64,000 nucleotides of DNA, taken from Basidiobolus meristosporus CBS 931.73. Its lineage: Eukaryota; Fungi; Basidiobolomycota. The position numbers and the translations under genes are program-made. The stretch spans positions 1 to 64,000 of the forward strand of contig MCFE01000023.1 of NCBI GenBank assembly GCA_002104905.1, in the 5' to 3' direction. How positions within the stretch are numbered: position 1 is the stretch's first letter; each line of letters starts with the position of its first letter. Under the pieces are notes generated by a model, which was not told the origin of the DNA, ran no database searches, and saw only the letters and a list, made by a program, of their open reading frames with translations. Positions 38,132 to 51,130 of this stretch are shown here, one piece after another.

Positions 38132-39386
38132 CTACCGGTCTGAAGGACGGAAAACCTTGGTGTAAAATAGACGGCCAAGCTTTACGAGAAGTGGAAGGGG
38201 GTAAGAATGAGAATAGTGGTAAACAGAAGTATAACCGGAGAACCTCCACTGTCGTAGGAGTAGCAAAACGAAAGATAAGGAAGTAAGCAAGGAAGGAGAG
38301 GAGAGGGGAGGGGGTGAGATGTAGAATCCAATAGGGGCTCACTGTATTTCAGGTCAATTCAATTCCAATCCAATTCAACACAATTCTCCCTCTATAAGCA
38401 GCCTCAATTGATTAGGTCATTTTGCTTTATAAGAGTAGTCACTCTTGTGCCATGGGACTCTGAAATTTATTTGGTGCGAATCTGATTGGGACATCCAAGG
38501 GAAATTTTGTCAACACAAATCTTCATATGAAAATGGGTGCTCATCACATGTAAAGCCTGACGTGACCTTATCATCTGACGGAGTATCCTGGATATCACGT
38601 GGGAACGTTCGCTCCCCGTCACATGTTCGTAAGAGATGAATCTCAGTTCAGCATTGTTTTGGGATCGAGAGGGATCACCACGGATGTCACTCAGTCCTGA
38701 ATGTAATACGTTGGGTGGTGGAGCAATGCATCAGCCCACATAGATGCCAAAGTTGGAGGCGGGTGAGGGTACATCATTGGTCAACCCACGGGGACACCAA
38801 CGGCAATCCTGATCAAGTGATTTGGAAGGGGCACCGTGTTTATTTCCAGAGAATGTTTGTGGAAATTGGGTGGCCCGTTGGCCTTGATTCAAGGTTCTAT
38901 GGCTCCATGCCTACGATGGGTAATTATATATATATATTTACATATGAATGATATATGTTTGTGGTAGGTGGTAGTTGTTGCGGGTGATATTGAGTTTTAT
39001 TAGTATATCCAAGAGCCCACCCAAGACTACATTTCTTTCGACCCGGCTCATATGACATCGGTTCAAAGGTCTAAAAATTATCACACCAGTATCATGGGTC
39101 GCAACGCCATAACAAAGTTGATTAATCATCTCTTGCCGAACATCAATTTCGACATTGATCAACGGTGTGGCTACCTATAGAGGTGCCTGCAAAAACGAGT
39201 GTCCGCGCCAATAATAAATATAATATGTAGGTTCCCACTATTTTCGGCAACCTCGTTACTAGAAAAATAGGATGTTTATTTTGAAAGATGGAAAACTAGG
39301 GTTATCAACAAACAAGCTGATCGATGCATGAGACTATGTTCATATAGCGTGTATATGCAGTTTGAGAGTAGGCCTATACTGCCCGC

Positions 39387-42342
39387 TTAGATTCCCGCCT
39401 TTTTCAGCTCTGCTTTGAGGTGCTTCTGGAAGTAAGGGACATAGTGGTGGTTCATCAATGTATAATGTGCACCTGGCACATCGATATAGCTGTTGGCTTG
39501 TCGGGTGAATCCATCCCACTTCATGAGCATCCCGTTCAGCCAGTCCTCCTTCTTCCCGGCCAATGGGATAGCATAGAATACCGAGACGTGCTCGACTGTT
39601 CCACTGGGCTCGTAGTTGCGACCACACTTCAGCAGGGACTCTGCAATGTCGACCCACTTTTCGAGTTGGATGCGGTCGATCTCCAGTTCTTTGATGCGAT
39701 CGGGTGACGCCTTGGTCCAGATGTGATTGATCTGCTCCTCACGTGGTAGCGTGTGCAAGTACGGTGAGACTCGAGTGGCCTCTTCCTTGGTGATGAGATC
39801 CAGGAAGTACGACAGGTTCAGGAATCCCTCTGTCCAGTCCAGCTCGAGCATTCGTGGCTTGATGTGCGGCGGGATGTTCACCAAACCGACGAATGCTACC
39901 CTCTGCCCCTGAGCCTCGAGTCGTTTGGCTATCTCGAACGCCACCACCCCACCGTACGAGTACCCAGCCACCGCATATGGCCCTTGAGGCTGGGTCTTGC
40001 GAATGGCCGCAGTGTACATGTCAGCCATCTCCTCCATAGACTCGAAGTATGGGTTGTTGTCGAAGCCTCGAGCCCGCAGTGCATAGAATGGGCGTTCGTT
40101 TGCAAAGTACTTCGCCAGGTTGACGAATATGAGCACCTCACCGACCCCGGGGTGGACAAAGAAGATTGGCACCCCTGAACCTGTTACCTGTAATGGGACA
40201 ACTGGATCGTAACATTCTGCAGGCCCAGTGCCCGACTGGAGTGTGTCCAGATGTTCCGCTAGTTCCCGAATAGTGGGATGCTGCATGATTCGGATCACTG
40301 GCCAGTTCTTCAATACACATGGGAATCATTAGTGAACTGCTTGTGACCCAATACTGAAGTGCCTACAATATTACCTTGTCCAGACTGAAATGCTTGATAA
40401 TTCTTGCCTTGTATCTGTAAGAAAGCCATGATCAGCCAAAATCCTTGCTCAAATCTGCACCGTTGAGCACTTACTGCACCACCTCTAGAGAAGAGCCACC
40501 CATGCTGAAGAAGTTCTCCTCAACACACACCTCGGTAGCATTGAAGATATCGCACAAGAACGAGGATAGAGCACGTTCAGAGTCTGTGGAGGGGCTCTTG
40601 TGGCTTCGGGCTTTCTCAGCCTGCGTGACCTGCTCAACTATGCTCAGGTACTCCTCGAACTCGCCCATCTCATATCGCTCTCTCAACTTCCCACGTGATA
40701 GTTTCCCCAACGAGTTCTTCGCAAGCAAGCTAGCAGTCAGAGGACAAATCACGGTGGGTGCTTGTGAGCAGCTCATGATGAGCTTTTGTCGGATGCTCGA
40801 ATGAGTGCTCAGCATGGCTTTCTCATCTGACAATGGGAATGTGGGGAGATAGAATACCGCCACTTGTTCCGTTTGTGAGCCTTTCGGTCGGATGGGGCAA
40901 ACGGCGACGAATGATGGGACGATCCCAGGAACATCCTGCAACACCGCCTCCAGCTCATGGCTGTAGTAGTTCACCCCGCGAAGAATGATGGTGTCCTTAG
41001 TTCTCCCCACTAGGTGCAATCTGCCATCAGCCAAGCTTGCTGTGTCGCCTGTTCTGAACCAGCCGTCACTTGTGAAGGCCTGAGCGGTTGCCTCGGCATT
41101 ATTGTAGTATCCTCGAAAGAGTTGCGGACAAAAGATCTCCAGATCACCACTCAGCTCTGGTGGCACTTGTCGGCCCTCGCCATCTACGATCCTCAGGCGT
41201 AGCCCATGCGACGGTGAGCCGAGAGTGGCAAACTCCTTTCCGTTGTCATTGAACGGAAACTGCTTGTTGTAGACACACCCAGCACACGTCTCAGTCATTC
41301 CGAAGCCAGGGGCAATGATGCCTGTGAAGCCAGTGTTGGCCTCAGTGAGAGTACGAATCAGCTGCTGGCCCAAATCCACCAGGTTCGCCTCACCCCCAGA
41401 GTTGATGCGCTTCAGCTTAGCTAGATTGTAGAGTGGTTGGCCGGTGACTGAGTCCTCAAGCTTGCCTCTCAAGTCTTTTTCAATGTTGGCTAGCAGGAAG
41501 TTGGGTGCAAATGTGGAAGTAGCCTCGTAAACCTCTGCGACGAGCAATAATGACAATGGCTCCAGGGTGATCACCGAGGCGGCCACTTGCACTTGATTCG
41601 CCCCAGCCACCATTGGAATGATGTGGCTCTCCACCAGTCCAGCCACATGGTCACACCCGACCCAGTTCAGCACCGTGCTGTCCGATCCGAGGTTGTAGTC
41701 TTCGATCTTGAACTTTGCCGCGGCAAATATGTTCCCGTGGGTAAGCTCAACTGCCTTCGAGTTGCCAGTCGAGCCAGAGGTAAGCAACAGTACTGCTACC
41801 TCATCAAGAGTGCGCTGGCCATAGCCGTCATTGATGTATGGGATCTGAGGCCCATCCAAGCCACTTGCTCTTTGTACTCCGAGATCTTCAACGGTCTGAA
41901 TGTGAATGTCACACAATAGACTGGTCAACTCCGAATGATCCTTCTGTCGGCAAAGGAAGAGGGGCTTGCCGAGAAGAGTGTCTAGATGCGAGAGCTGCTC
42001 ACTTCTTTTATCATCATCCCCTCTCAGAGCACCAAGAACACATGGAACAAACTCAGCAGCCAAACAGCCCCAATAGTGCTCGATTGTGTCCTGATGATCG
42101 TCAAAGTAGAGAACAACCACCCTCTTAGACATTCCCTCTGCTAGTGGGCGTAGCCTCTCCCCAATAGCATAGGCCTGGGCCAAAAGGCTGGGATAGCTTG
42201 AGAAGGTCGGGTTGGCGATATCGACAGAATTGTTGATGTAGTACATCCCATGGGCAGGATACTTGGCGGATACATCGCGCAGAGTCTCCAGCAGATTCAC
42301 TGAGCCAGTGCTGATGTAGTTGCTGTGGCACGATAGAGACAT
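39387..42342 (-). CDS. NRPS-like A-T-TE enzyme copy A (intact, 942 aa), atromentin/terphenylquinone-synthetase-like
   Basis: Exons 42342-40475, 40414-40375 and 40307-39387 total 2829 nt and are open. A motifs LTSGSTGNSK, GMTET, WFRTGD, GRTKD and KNSLGKLSR. T motif FFSMGGSSL. TE motifs HPGVGEVLIF, GYSYGG, VNIPPH and GAHYTLM. Confidence 0.92.
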
Positions 42343-42860
42343 TTACGACGGAAGACTGCAAATACAATAGGTCAGACACTGACACCACAATGGGAATTAG
42401 CACGATTGAAGCATACCTGGCGTTAGATGAGTTTCCAAGGATCTGTATTTGAGACAGCACTTTATACTGTACTATACTTGAAGAAGTACTCTGTGCTGTA
42501 GTTGCTGTCGATTGCCAGGTATTTATAAGTGCGGAACTATAGCACAACCCTCATGTTATCTTAATGTAGGTTTTTTTGGCGTTAGTAAACCAGACGGTTG
42601 CATTGACAGTCTGCAACCGCTGACCATTCTCCTCTCGCCCATAGGGCACCACTCTGGTCACGGTGGGCAAATCGCTGAGCAGTGCCCGTATGAGACATCA
42701 TGCAACTAGCTGGGGTATCCTAGCTAGTAGTTGTAACTGCCTCTTTCAATACCTGGTAAAATCCTACTGCTGGAGTCTCAACGGTGTCCAATGCACGTCA
42801 AGAATGGTAGTTGGGAAATGGAAGTGAATGCCAATCAACACCTCACAATCATTTCAGCTG
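42343..42860 (-). promoter_or_regulatory. Conserved promoter and 5'UTR intron of NRPS-like copy A
   Basis: TATAAA on the minus strand at 42522-42527. About 500 bp highly similar (inverted) to 46200-46723 and 50560-51130. Confidence 0.6.
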
Positions 42861-43867
42861 CTGGATTTAGCAATAATCCAGATTCAAGCATCAAAGTTCA
42901 ACGAATCAGCCACCGATCTTGCTTAGTGATCGGACCTGGAAAAGCGTGTTGACAATGAGTAGCTTCGTTTGTAGCGACCAGCGCCAGAACCCGCCAACAA
43001 ATAATGTGTCGTTTATCTCGTCAGCACCTATATGGAACATGTTTACGGTAAGACCCTATTGCTATATGATTACTAATTCAGTAATGACATGGAAGCGAGT
43101 GAATTAGCACAGGCTAAAAAGTTATATTGATATTAATACGAAATGGTGTAAACGCAAGCAATAGGCAATTAAGGTAAAAATTGCTCCCTTGAATATCAGT
43201 TTAGAGCATCTGTGTAGATCTGAAGCCGTTATATATCATCATTCACTAACAATACAAGACTTTCCCCAGTCAGAACATGTGTCTGTAGATAACAGATAGT
43301 TCTCGGGTACTTAAGACCGTTTCATTTGTTCGATTACTGATCCTTGGCCAACGTATGGCGAGGAGTATTGGTTGCTAACAGTAATGACGAAAGAGTGATC
43401 CCCAACCCGAGAAGTTCCGTTTTGGAGTAAGGATCAACCTGAAGCTTGGAGTCTGGACTAAGCTTTCTCTCTCGATACCTGGAGTACCAGATGCCAACCC
43501 TGCGTGGAGCTCCTGCGTTAATGCAACACAGAGTGGAGCTGAACTCTAAAAGAAAACCCTTTCTTTCTGTGGCATCAATCCCAGTGTAAAAGTGAAATAG
43601 TATGTATACGAATCCACTAAACTTGACCGTAATGAGGTTGGCCACTCAGATGTACTTTCCTATTGGTTGTGGTTGTGATGCTTTACTATATGTCGTGAGC
43701 ACAATAAGGAACAATGAGAGCCCATTTTAAGTGGAATTTAAGGGCAAATGGGATATTTAATTTTCATGATTGGAGACAGTCGCTGGCTACAAGTTGGCTC
43801 AACTATGTGTGAGACTTTGTTCATATATCGTGTATATGCAGTTGGAGAGTAGGCTCGTACTGCCCGC

Positions 43868-44781
43868 TTAGATTCCCGCCTTTTTCAGCTCTGCTTTGAG
43901 GTGCTTTTGGAAGTAAGGGACATAGTGGTGGTTCATCAATGTGTAATGTGCACCTGGCACATCGGTATAGCTGTTGGCTTGTCGGGTGAATCCATCCCAC
44001 TTCATGAGCATCCCATTCAGCCAGTCCTCCTTCTTCCCGGCCAATGGGATAGCATAGAATACCGAGACGTGCTCGACTGTTCCACTGGGCTCGTAGTTGC
44101 GACCACACTTCAGCAGGGACCTGCTCAACTATGCTCAGGTACTCCTTGAACTCACCCATCTCATATCGCTCTCTCGACTTCCCACATGATAGTTTGTCAT
44201 TGAATGGAAACTGTCTGTTTTAGACACATCCAGCACACGTCTCAGTCGTTCCGAAGCCAGGGGCAATGACGCCTGTGAAGCCAATGTTGGCCTCAGTCAG
44301 AGTACGAATCAGCTGCTGGCCCAAATCCACCAGGTTCGCCTCACCCCCAGAGTTGATGCGCTTCAGCTTAGCTAGATTGTAGAGTGGTTGGCCGGTGACT
44401 GAGTCTTCAAGCTTGCCTCTCAAGTTGCGAGAGCTGCTCACTTCTTTTATCATCATCCCCTCTCAGAGCACCAAGAACACATGGAACAAACCCAGCAGCC
44501 AAGCAGCCCCAATAGTGCTCGATTGTGTCCTGATGATCGTCAAAGTAGAGAACAACCACCCTCTTGGACATTCCCTCTGCTAGTGGGCGTAGCCTCTCCC
44601 CAATAGCATAGGCCTGGGCCAAAAGGCTGGGATAGCTTGAGAAGGTCGGGTTGGCGATATCGGCAGAATTGTTGATGTAGTACATCCCATGGGCAGGATA
44701 CTTGGCGGATACATCGCGCAGAGCCTCCAGCAGGCCCAATGAGCCAGTGCTGATGTAGTTGTTGTGGCACGATAGAGACAT
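43868..44781 (-). pseudogene. Internally deleted NRPS-like copy A' (four fused fragments)
   Basis: The 5' A-domain start (44781-44426) is fused to a mid-A piece (44425-44196), an A-T linker piece (44195-44121) and the TE end (44120-43868). The frame is broken at the first junction (ORF ends SQLERQA*). Confidence 0.92.
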
Positions 44782-46199
44782 TTACGACGGAAGAGTGCAA
44801 ATACAATAGGCCAGACGCAATGAGAATTGGCATGATTGAAGAATACATGGCGTTAGATGAGTTTTCAAGAAGCAATATGTTGGAATTAACCTAAAAAAGA
44901 TCTCTGAGTTGTAGTTCCTGTTGGTGGGATTGAGTGTAACTAGCCCTTTCGGCTTCACCGAACTTGAAGATTGTATAATCAAACAGCTATTTCTGACCAA
45001 TCTTCTTTAGCTCGTACGTTGTCACTACTCCCTCTGAAAACAAATTGTCGGACAGCACTTGTATTAGTCATTATGCAACGAGCTAGGTTGTTTTGTTTGG
45101 TAATGATAACTATCTTTGCCGATACCGAGCAAAATTTCAACTCCCAGAGTCTCAACTGTGTTTGATGTAATCCATGAATGGTAGTGTGGTTATAGAAGTG
45201 GACGCCAATCAACATACTGCACTTCTTTCATTCACTTGATTAAGTAACAATCCTGGTTGATACAGCGAGTATTAGCTAATCTTGGTTGGTGATCGGATCT
45301 GGAAAACTTTATTATAGATGAGCCGGTTTCGGTTGAGTAATAAGCGCCATAGCCCAGAAGTAAACTTAGTCTCACCTTTCGGGTGCTGTCATCGATCTAG
45401 TGTTAGTGTCAATGTTTAGATGTAAGATATGCACAAATTGGTTACTCCTTTTGGCACCTTGATTTCGCCAGGTGAGACTTGCTGGACAAAAAATTTAAAT
45501 TTGCATTTCAACCTTGTTAATGACATGTGGTATTTTTTTCTGAAAAATATTCGGGATTTTACAGCTATGATTTTAACAGGTGTTTACGTAATGCAGTAGT
45601 TAGATTATAAGCTCGCCACTGCAATAGTCTAATTGGATCTCCGTAATGGTTAGCATCATTTTCGTTTGTGAAATCTCCCTATTTTTGCGGACTGAGGCAA
45701 ATGATGAAGCAACTACAGCTGTCGTATTACCCAGAATGGAGATTACTAAATGAATCTACTTCACTCTCCATTTAGCTTTGAACGTGTAGTAGATATCATT
45801 TAAAAGTAAATCAACGTGGGGCAGTAAAATTGAAGCCACAGGTTCAAATGGCAATTTAGTTTCAAAGCTGAAAGCCTGTGCTTTCGCCGGGATGCTGTAA
45901 TTCTAGATTTGGTACTCGACCTTATGGTAATAAATTAGTAGGTATCACTGAGGCTGCTTTTAAAGCAAAATCAATATCGAGCCAATCTCCATGTTCGTAG
46001 GGGGTTGGGTTGTACTAAGCATGTGTTTAAGCAAACGTGCTCACCAAGACAAATGACATAATTGTTACTAGCGGATTCTAGCGCTTGTGAATTCAGGTGA
46101 ACATGACACCGTAAAAACGTTCTCTGCATAGCCCGATCAACCGGCAAGATTGATAGCAGGATAGTGAACCCATTCTACTATAATCAGGGTTATTCCTAA

Positions 46200-46723
46200 A
46201 TTCAGCAGCTGAAATGATTGTGAGGTGTTGATTGGCATTCACTTCCATTTCCCAACTACCATTCTTGGCGTGCATTGGACACCGTTGAGACTCCAGCAGT
46301 AGGATTTTACCAGGTATTGAAAGAGGCAGTTACAACTACTAGCTAGGACATCCCAGCTAGTTGCATGATGTCTCATACGGGTACTGCTCAGCGATTTGAG
46401 CACCGTGACCAGAGTGGTGCCCTATGGGCGAGAGGAGAATGGTCAGCGGTTGCAGACTGTCAATGCAACCGTCTGGTTTACTAAAGCCAAAAAAACCTAC
46501 ATTAAGATAACATGAGGGTTGTGCTATAGTTCCGCACTTATAAATACCTGGCAACCGACAGCGGCTACAACACAGAGTACTTCGTCAAGTATAGTACAGT
46601 ATAAAGCGCTTTCTCACATACAAATCCTTGGAAACTCATCTAACGCCAGGTATGCTTCAATCATGCTAATTCCCATTGCGGTGTCAGCGTCTGATCTATT
46701 GTACTTGCAGTCTTCCGTCGCAA
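46200..46723 (+). promoter_or_regulatory. Conserved promoter of copy B with TATA box (46539-46544) and 61-nt 5'UTR intron (46650-46710)
   Basis: CTTATAAATA, and cag|GTATGC...TTGCAG| lying 13 nt before the ATG. No in-frame upstream ATG seen in the preceding exon. Confidence 0.6.
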
Positions 46724-49683
46724 ATGTCTCTATCGTGCCACAGCAACTACATCAGCACTGGCTCATTGGGCCTGCTGGAGGCTCTGCGCGATGTATCCGC
46801 CAAGTATCCTGCCCATGGGATGTACTACATCAACAATTCTGCCGATATCGCCAACCCGACCTTCTCAAGCTATCCCAGCCTTTTGGCCCAGGCCTATGCT
46901 ATTGGGGAGAGGCTACGCCCACTAGCAGAGGGAATGTCCAAGAGGGTGGTTGTTCTCTACTTTGACGATCATCAGGACACAATCGAGCACTATTGGGGCT
47001 GTTTGGCTGCTGGGTTTGTTCCATGTGTTCTTGGTGCTCTGAGAGGGGATGATGATAAAAGAAGTGAGCAGCTCTCGCATCTGAACACTCTTCTCGGCAA
47101 GCCCCTCTTCCTTTGCCGACAGAAGGATCATTCGGAGCTGACCAGTCTATTGTGTGACATTCACATTCAGACCGTTGAAGATCTCGGAGTACAAAGAGCA
47201 AGTGGCTTGGATGGGCCTCAGATCCCATGCATCAATGACAGCTATGGCCAGCGCACTCTTGATGAGGTAGCAGTACTGTTGCTTACCTCTGGCTCAACTG
47301 GCAACTCGAAGGCAGTTGAGCTTACCCACGGGAACATATTTGCCGCGGCAAAGTTCAAGATCGAAGACTACAACCTCGGATCAGACAGCACGGTGCTGAA
47401 CTGGGTCGGGTGTGACCATCGTGGCTGGACTGGTGGAGAGCCACATCATTCCAATGGTGGCTGGGGCGAATCAAGTGCAGGTGGCCGCCTCGGTGATCAC
47501 CCTGGAGCCATTGTCACTATTGCTCGTCGCAGAGGTTTACGAGGCTACTTGCACATTTGCACCCAACTTCCTGCTAGCCAACATTGAGAAAGACTTGAGA
47601 GGCAAGCTTGAAGACTCAGTCACCGGCCAACCACTTTACAATCTAGCTAAGCTGAAGCGCATCAACTCTGGGGGTGAGGCGAACCTGGTGGATTTGGGCC
47701 AGCAGCTGATTCGTACTCTCGACTGAGGCCAACACTGGCTTCACAGGCATCATTGCCCCTGGCTTCGGAATGACTGAGACGTGTGCTGGGTGTGTCTACA
47801 ACAAGCAGTTTCCGTTCAATGACAACGGAAAGGAGTTTGCCACTCTCGGCTCACCGTCGCATGGGCTACGCCTGAGGATCGTAGATGGCGAGGGCCGACA
47901 AGTGCCAGCCAGAGCTGAGTGGTGATCTGGAGATATTTTGTCCGCAACTCTTTCGAGGATACTACAATAATGCCGAGGCAACCGCTCAGGCCTTCACAAG
48001 TGACGGCTGGTTCAGAACAGGAGACACAGCAAGCTTGGCTGATGGCAAGGTTGCACCTAGTGGGGAGAACTAAGGACACCATCATTCTTCGCGGGGTGAA
48101 CTACTACAGCCATGAGCTGGAGGCGGTGTTGCAGGATGTTCATGGGATCGTCCCATCATTCGTCGCCGTTTGCCCCATCCGACCAAAAGGCTCACAAACG
48201 GAACAAGTGGCGGTATTCTATCTCCCCACATTCCCATTGTCAGATGAGAAAGCCATGCTGAGCACTCATTCGAGCATCCGACAAAAGCTCATCATGAACT
48301 GCTCACAAGCACCCACCGTGATTTGTCCTCTGACTGCTAGCTTGCTTGCGAAGAACTCGTTGGGGAAACTATCACGTGGGAAGTTGAGAGAGCGATATGA
48401 GATGGGCGAGTTCGAGGAGTACCTGAGCATAGTTGAGCAGGTCACGCAGGCTGAGAAAGCCCGAAACCACAAGAGCCCCTCCACAGACTCTGAGCGTGCT
48501 CTATCCTCGTTCTTGTGCGATATCTTCAATGTTACCGAGGTGTGTGTTGAGGAGAACTTCTTCAGCATGGGTGGCTCTTCGCTAGAGGTGGTGCAGTAAG
48601 TATCCAACGGTGCTGATTTGAGCAAGGATTTTGGCTGATCATGGCTTTCTTACAGATACAAGGCAAGAATTATCAAGCATTTCAGTCTGGACAAGGTAAT
48701 ATTGCAGGCACTTCAGTATTGGGTCACAAGCAGTTCACTAATGATTCCCATGTGTATTGAAGAACTGGCCAGTGATCCGAATTATGCAGCATCCCACTAT
48801 TCGGGAACTAGCGGAACATCTGGATACTCTCCAGTCGGGTGCCGGGCCTACAGAATGTTACGATCCAGTTGTCCCATTACAGGTAACAGGTTCAGGGGTG
48901 CCAATCTTCTTTGTCCACCCCGGGGTCGGTGAGGTGCTCATATTCGTCAACCTGGCGAAGTACTTTGCAAACGAACGCCCATTCTATGCGCTGCGGGCTC
49001 GAGGCTTCGACAACAACCCATACTTCGAGTCTATGGAGGAGATGGCTGACATGTACACTGCGGCCATTCGCAAGACCCAGCCTCAAGGGCCATATGCGGT
49101 GGCTGGGTACTCGTACGGTGGGGTGGTGGCGTTTGAGATAGCCAAACGACTCGAGGCTCAGGGGCAGAGGGTAGCATTCGTCGGTTTGGTGAACATCCCG
49201 CCGCACATCAAGCCACGAATGCTCGAGCTGGACTGGACAGAGGGATTCCTGAACCTGTCGTACTTCCTGGATCTCATCACCAAGGAAGAGGCCACTCGAG
49301 TCTCACCGTACTTGCACACGCTGCCACGTGAGGAGCAGATCAATCACATCTGGACCAAGGCGTCACCCGATCGCATCAAGGAACTGGAGATCGACCGCAT
49401 CCAACTCGAAAAGTGGGTCGACATTGCAGAGTCCCTGCTGAAGTGTGGTCGCAACTACGAGCCCAGTGGAACAGTCGAGCACGTCTCGGTATTCTATGCT
49501 ATCCCATTGGCCGGGACGAAGGAGGACTGGCTGAATGGGATGCTCATGAAGTGGGATGGATTCACCCGACAAGCCAACAGCTATATCGATGTGCCAGGTG
49601 CACATTACACATTGATGAACCATCACTATGTCCCTTACTTCCAAAAGCACCTTAAAGCAGAGCTGAAAAAGGCGGGAATCTAA
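46724..49683 (+). CDS. NRPS-like A-T-TE enzyme copy B (four single-base insertions; probable artefacts, otherwise a pseudogene)
   Basis: Near-identical to copy A. Extra bases at about 47420, 47721, 47908 and 48050. Introns 48596-48655 and 48696-48762. TE exon intact. Confidence 0.8.
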
Positions 49684-51130
49684 GCGGGCAGTACAAATCT
49701 ACTCTCACACTGCATATCCACGGTATATGAATAAAGTTTTACACACAGATAAGCCAACTTGAATCCAGAGACTGTTTGCAATTATGAAAATTAAACAACA
49801 CATATGCCCTTAAATTCCACTTAAAATGGGCTCTTTTTTGTTCTCTATTGCGCTCATGACATGCAGTGAAGCATCTCAAGCATAATCAGTATAGTCATCT
49901 GATTTACTCTGGTTTTGCACCGATTGAAGAGTACTACATGGTGATGGCGTCTAGCACTTCAGGCAACTATAGAATGCCTATCCAAGACTTTTAGCTTCAG
50001 GTTGGTCCCTACTCCAACCGGGAATTCTCGGGCGGAATCATTCCTTCGTCATTACTACTAGCAATTAATATATCTCCATAAGTTGGTCCTGGAATGGTAA
50101 GCTAACAAACGAAATGGTCTTACAAATCGGGAACTGTCTTATACCACCTAGCTGGTATTTCGATACAAGCGAACTATTATTTGTAAGTCAATTATATTCG
50201 AAGAATTGCTTTCGGATCTACACAGATGCTTTACACTACTATTTAAGGAAGCGATCATTAGCTTCATTACCTATAGCTTGCGTTTTACTTAACATGAATA
50301 TAAGTGAGTGGACGGAAGCTAATTTACTCGCTTTCATGCCATCACCGAATGAGCAATCTTATAGCAATAAGGTCTCACCGTAAACATGTTAGATATATGT
50401 GTTGACGAGATAAACGACACATTATTTATTTGCGGGTTCTGGCGCTGGTCGCTACAAACGAAGCTATTCATTGTCAACGCGCTATTCTAGGTTTGACCAC
50501 TAGGCCAAATCGGTGGCTGATTCGTTGAACTTTGATGCTTCAACCTGGATTATTGCTAAATCCAGCAGCTGAAATAAACGTGAGGTGCTGATTGGCATTC
50601 ACTTCCATTTCCCAACTACCATTCGTGGCAGGCATTGGACACCGTTGAGACTCCAGCAGTAGGATTTTACCAGGTATTGAAAGAGGCAGTTACAACTACT
50701 AGCTAGGACATCCCAGCTAGTTGCATGATGTCTCATACGAGTACTACTCAGTGATTAGCCCACCATGACCATAAGGTACCTCATACGGTACTGCTCAGCG
50801 ATTTGACCACCGTGACCAGAGTGGTGCCCTATGGGCGAAAGGAGAATGGTCAGCGGTTGCAGACTGTCAATGCAACCGTCAGGTTTACTAGAGCCAAAAT
50901 AACCTACCTTAAGATAACATGAGGGTTGTGCTGTAGTGCCGCACTTATAAATACCTGGCAACCGACAGCGACTACAACACAGAGTACGTCGTCAACTACA
51001 GTACAGTATAAAGCGCATTCTGACCTACTAATCTTTGGAAACTCAACTAACGCCAGGTATGTTTCAATCATGCTAATTCCCATTGCGGTGTCAGCGTCTG
51101 ACCTATTGTACTTGCAGTCTTCCATCATAA

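Noticed and set aside
44121-44290. Methylation-driven CpG decay in the A' pseudogene
   Set aside because: About four CpG losses are offset by about three CpG gains relative to A, B and C; no clear bias in so short a stretch.
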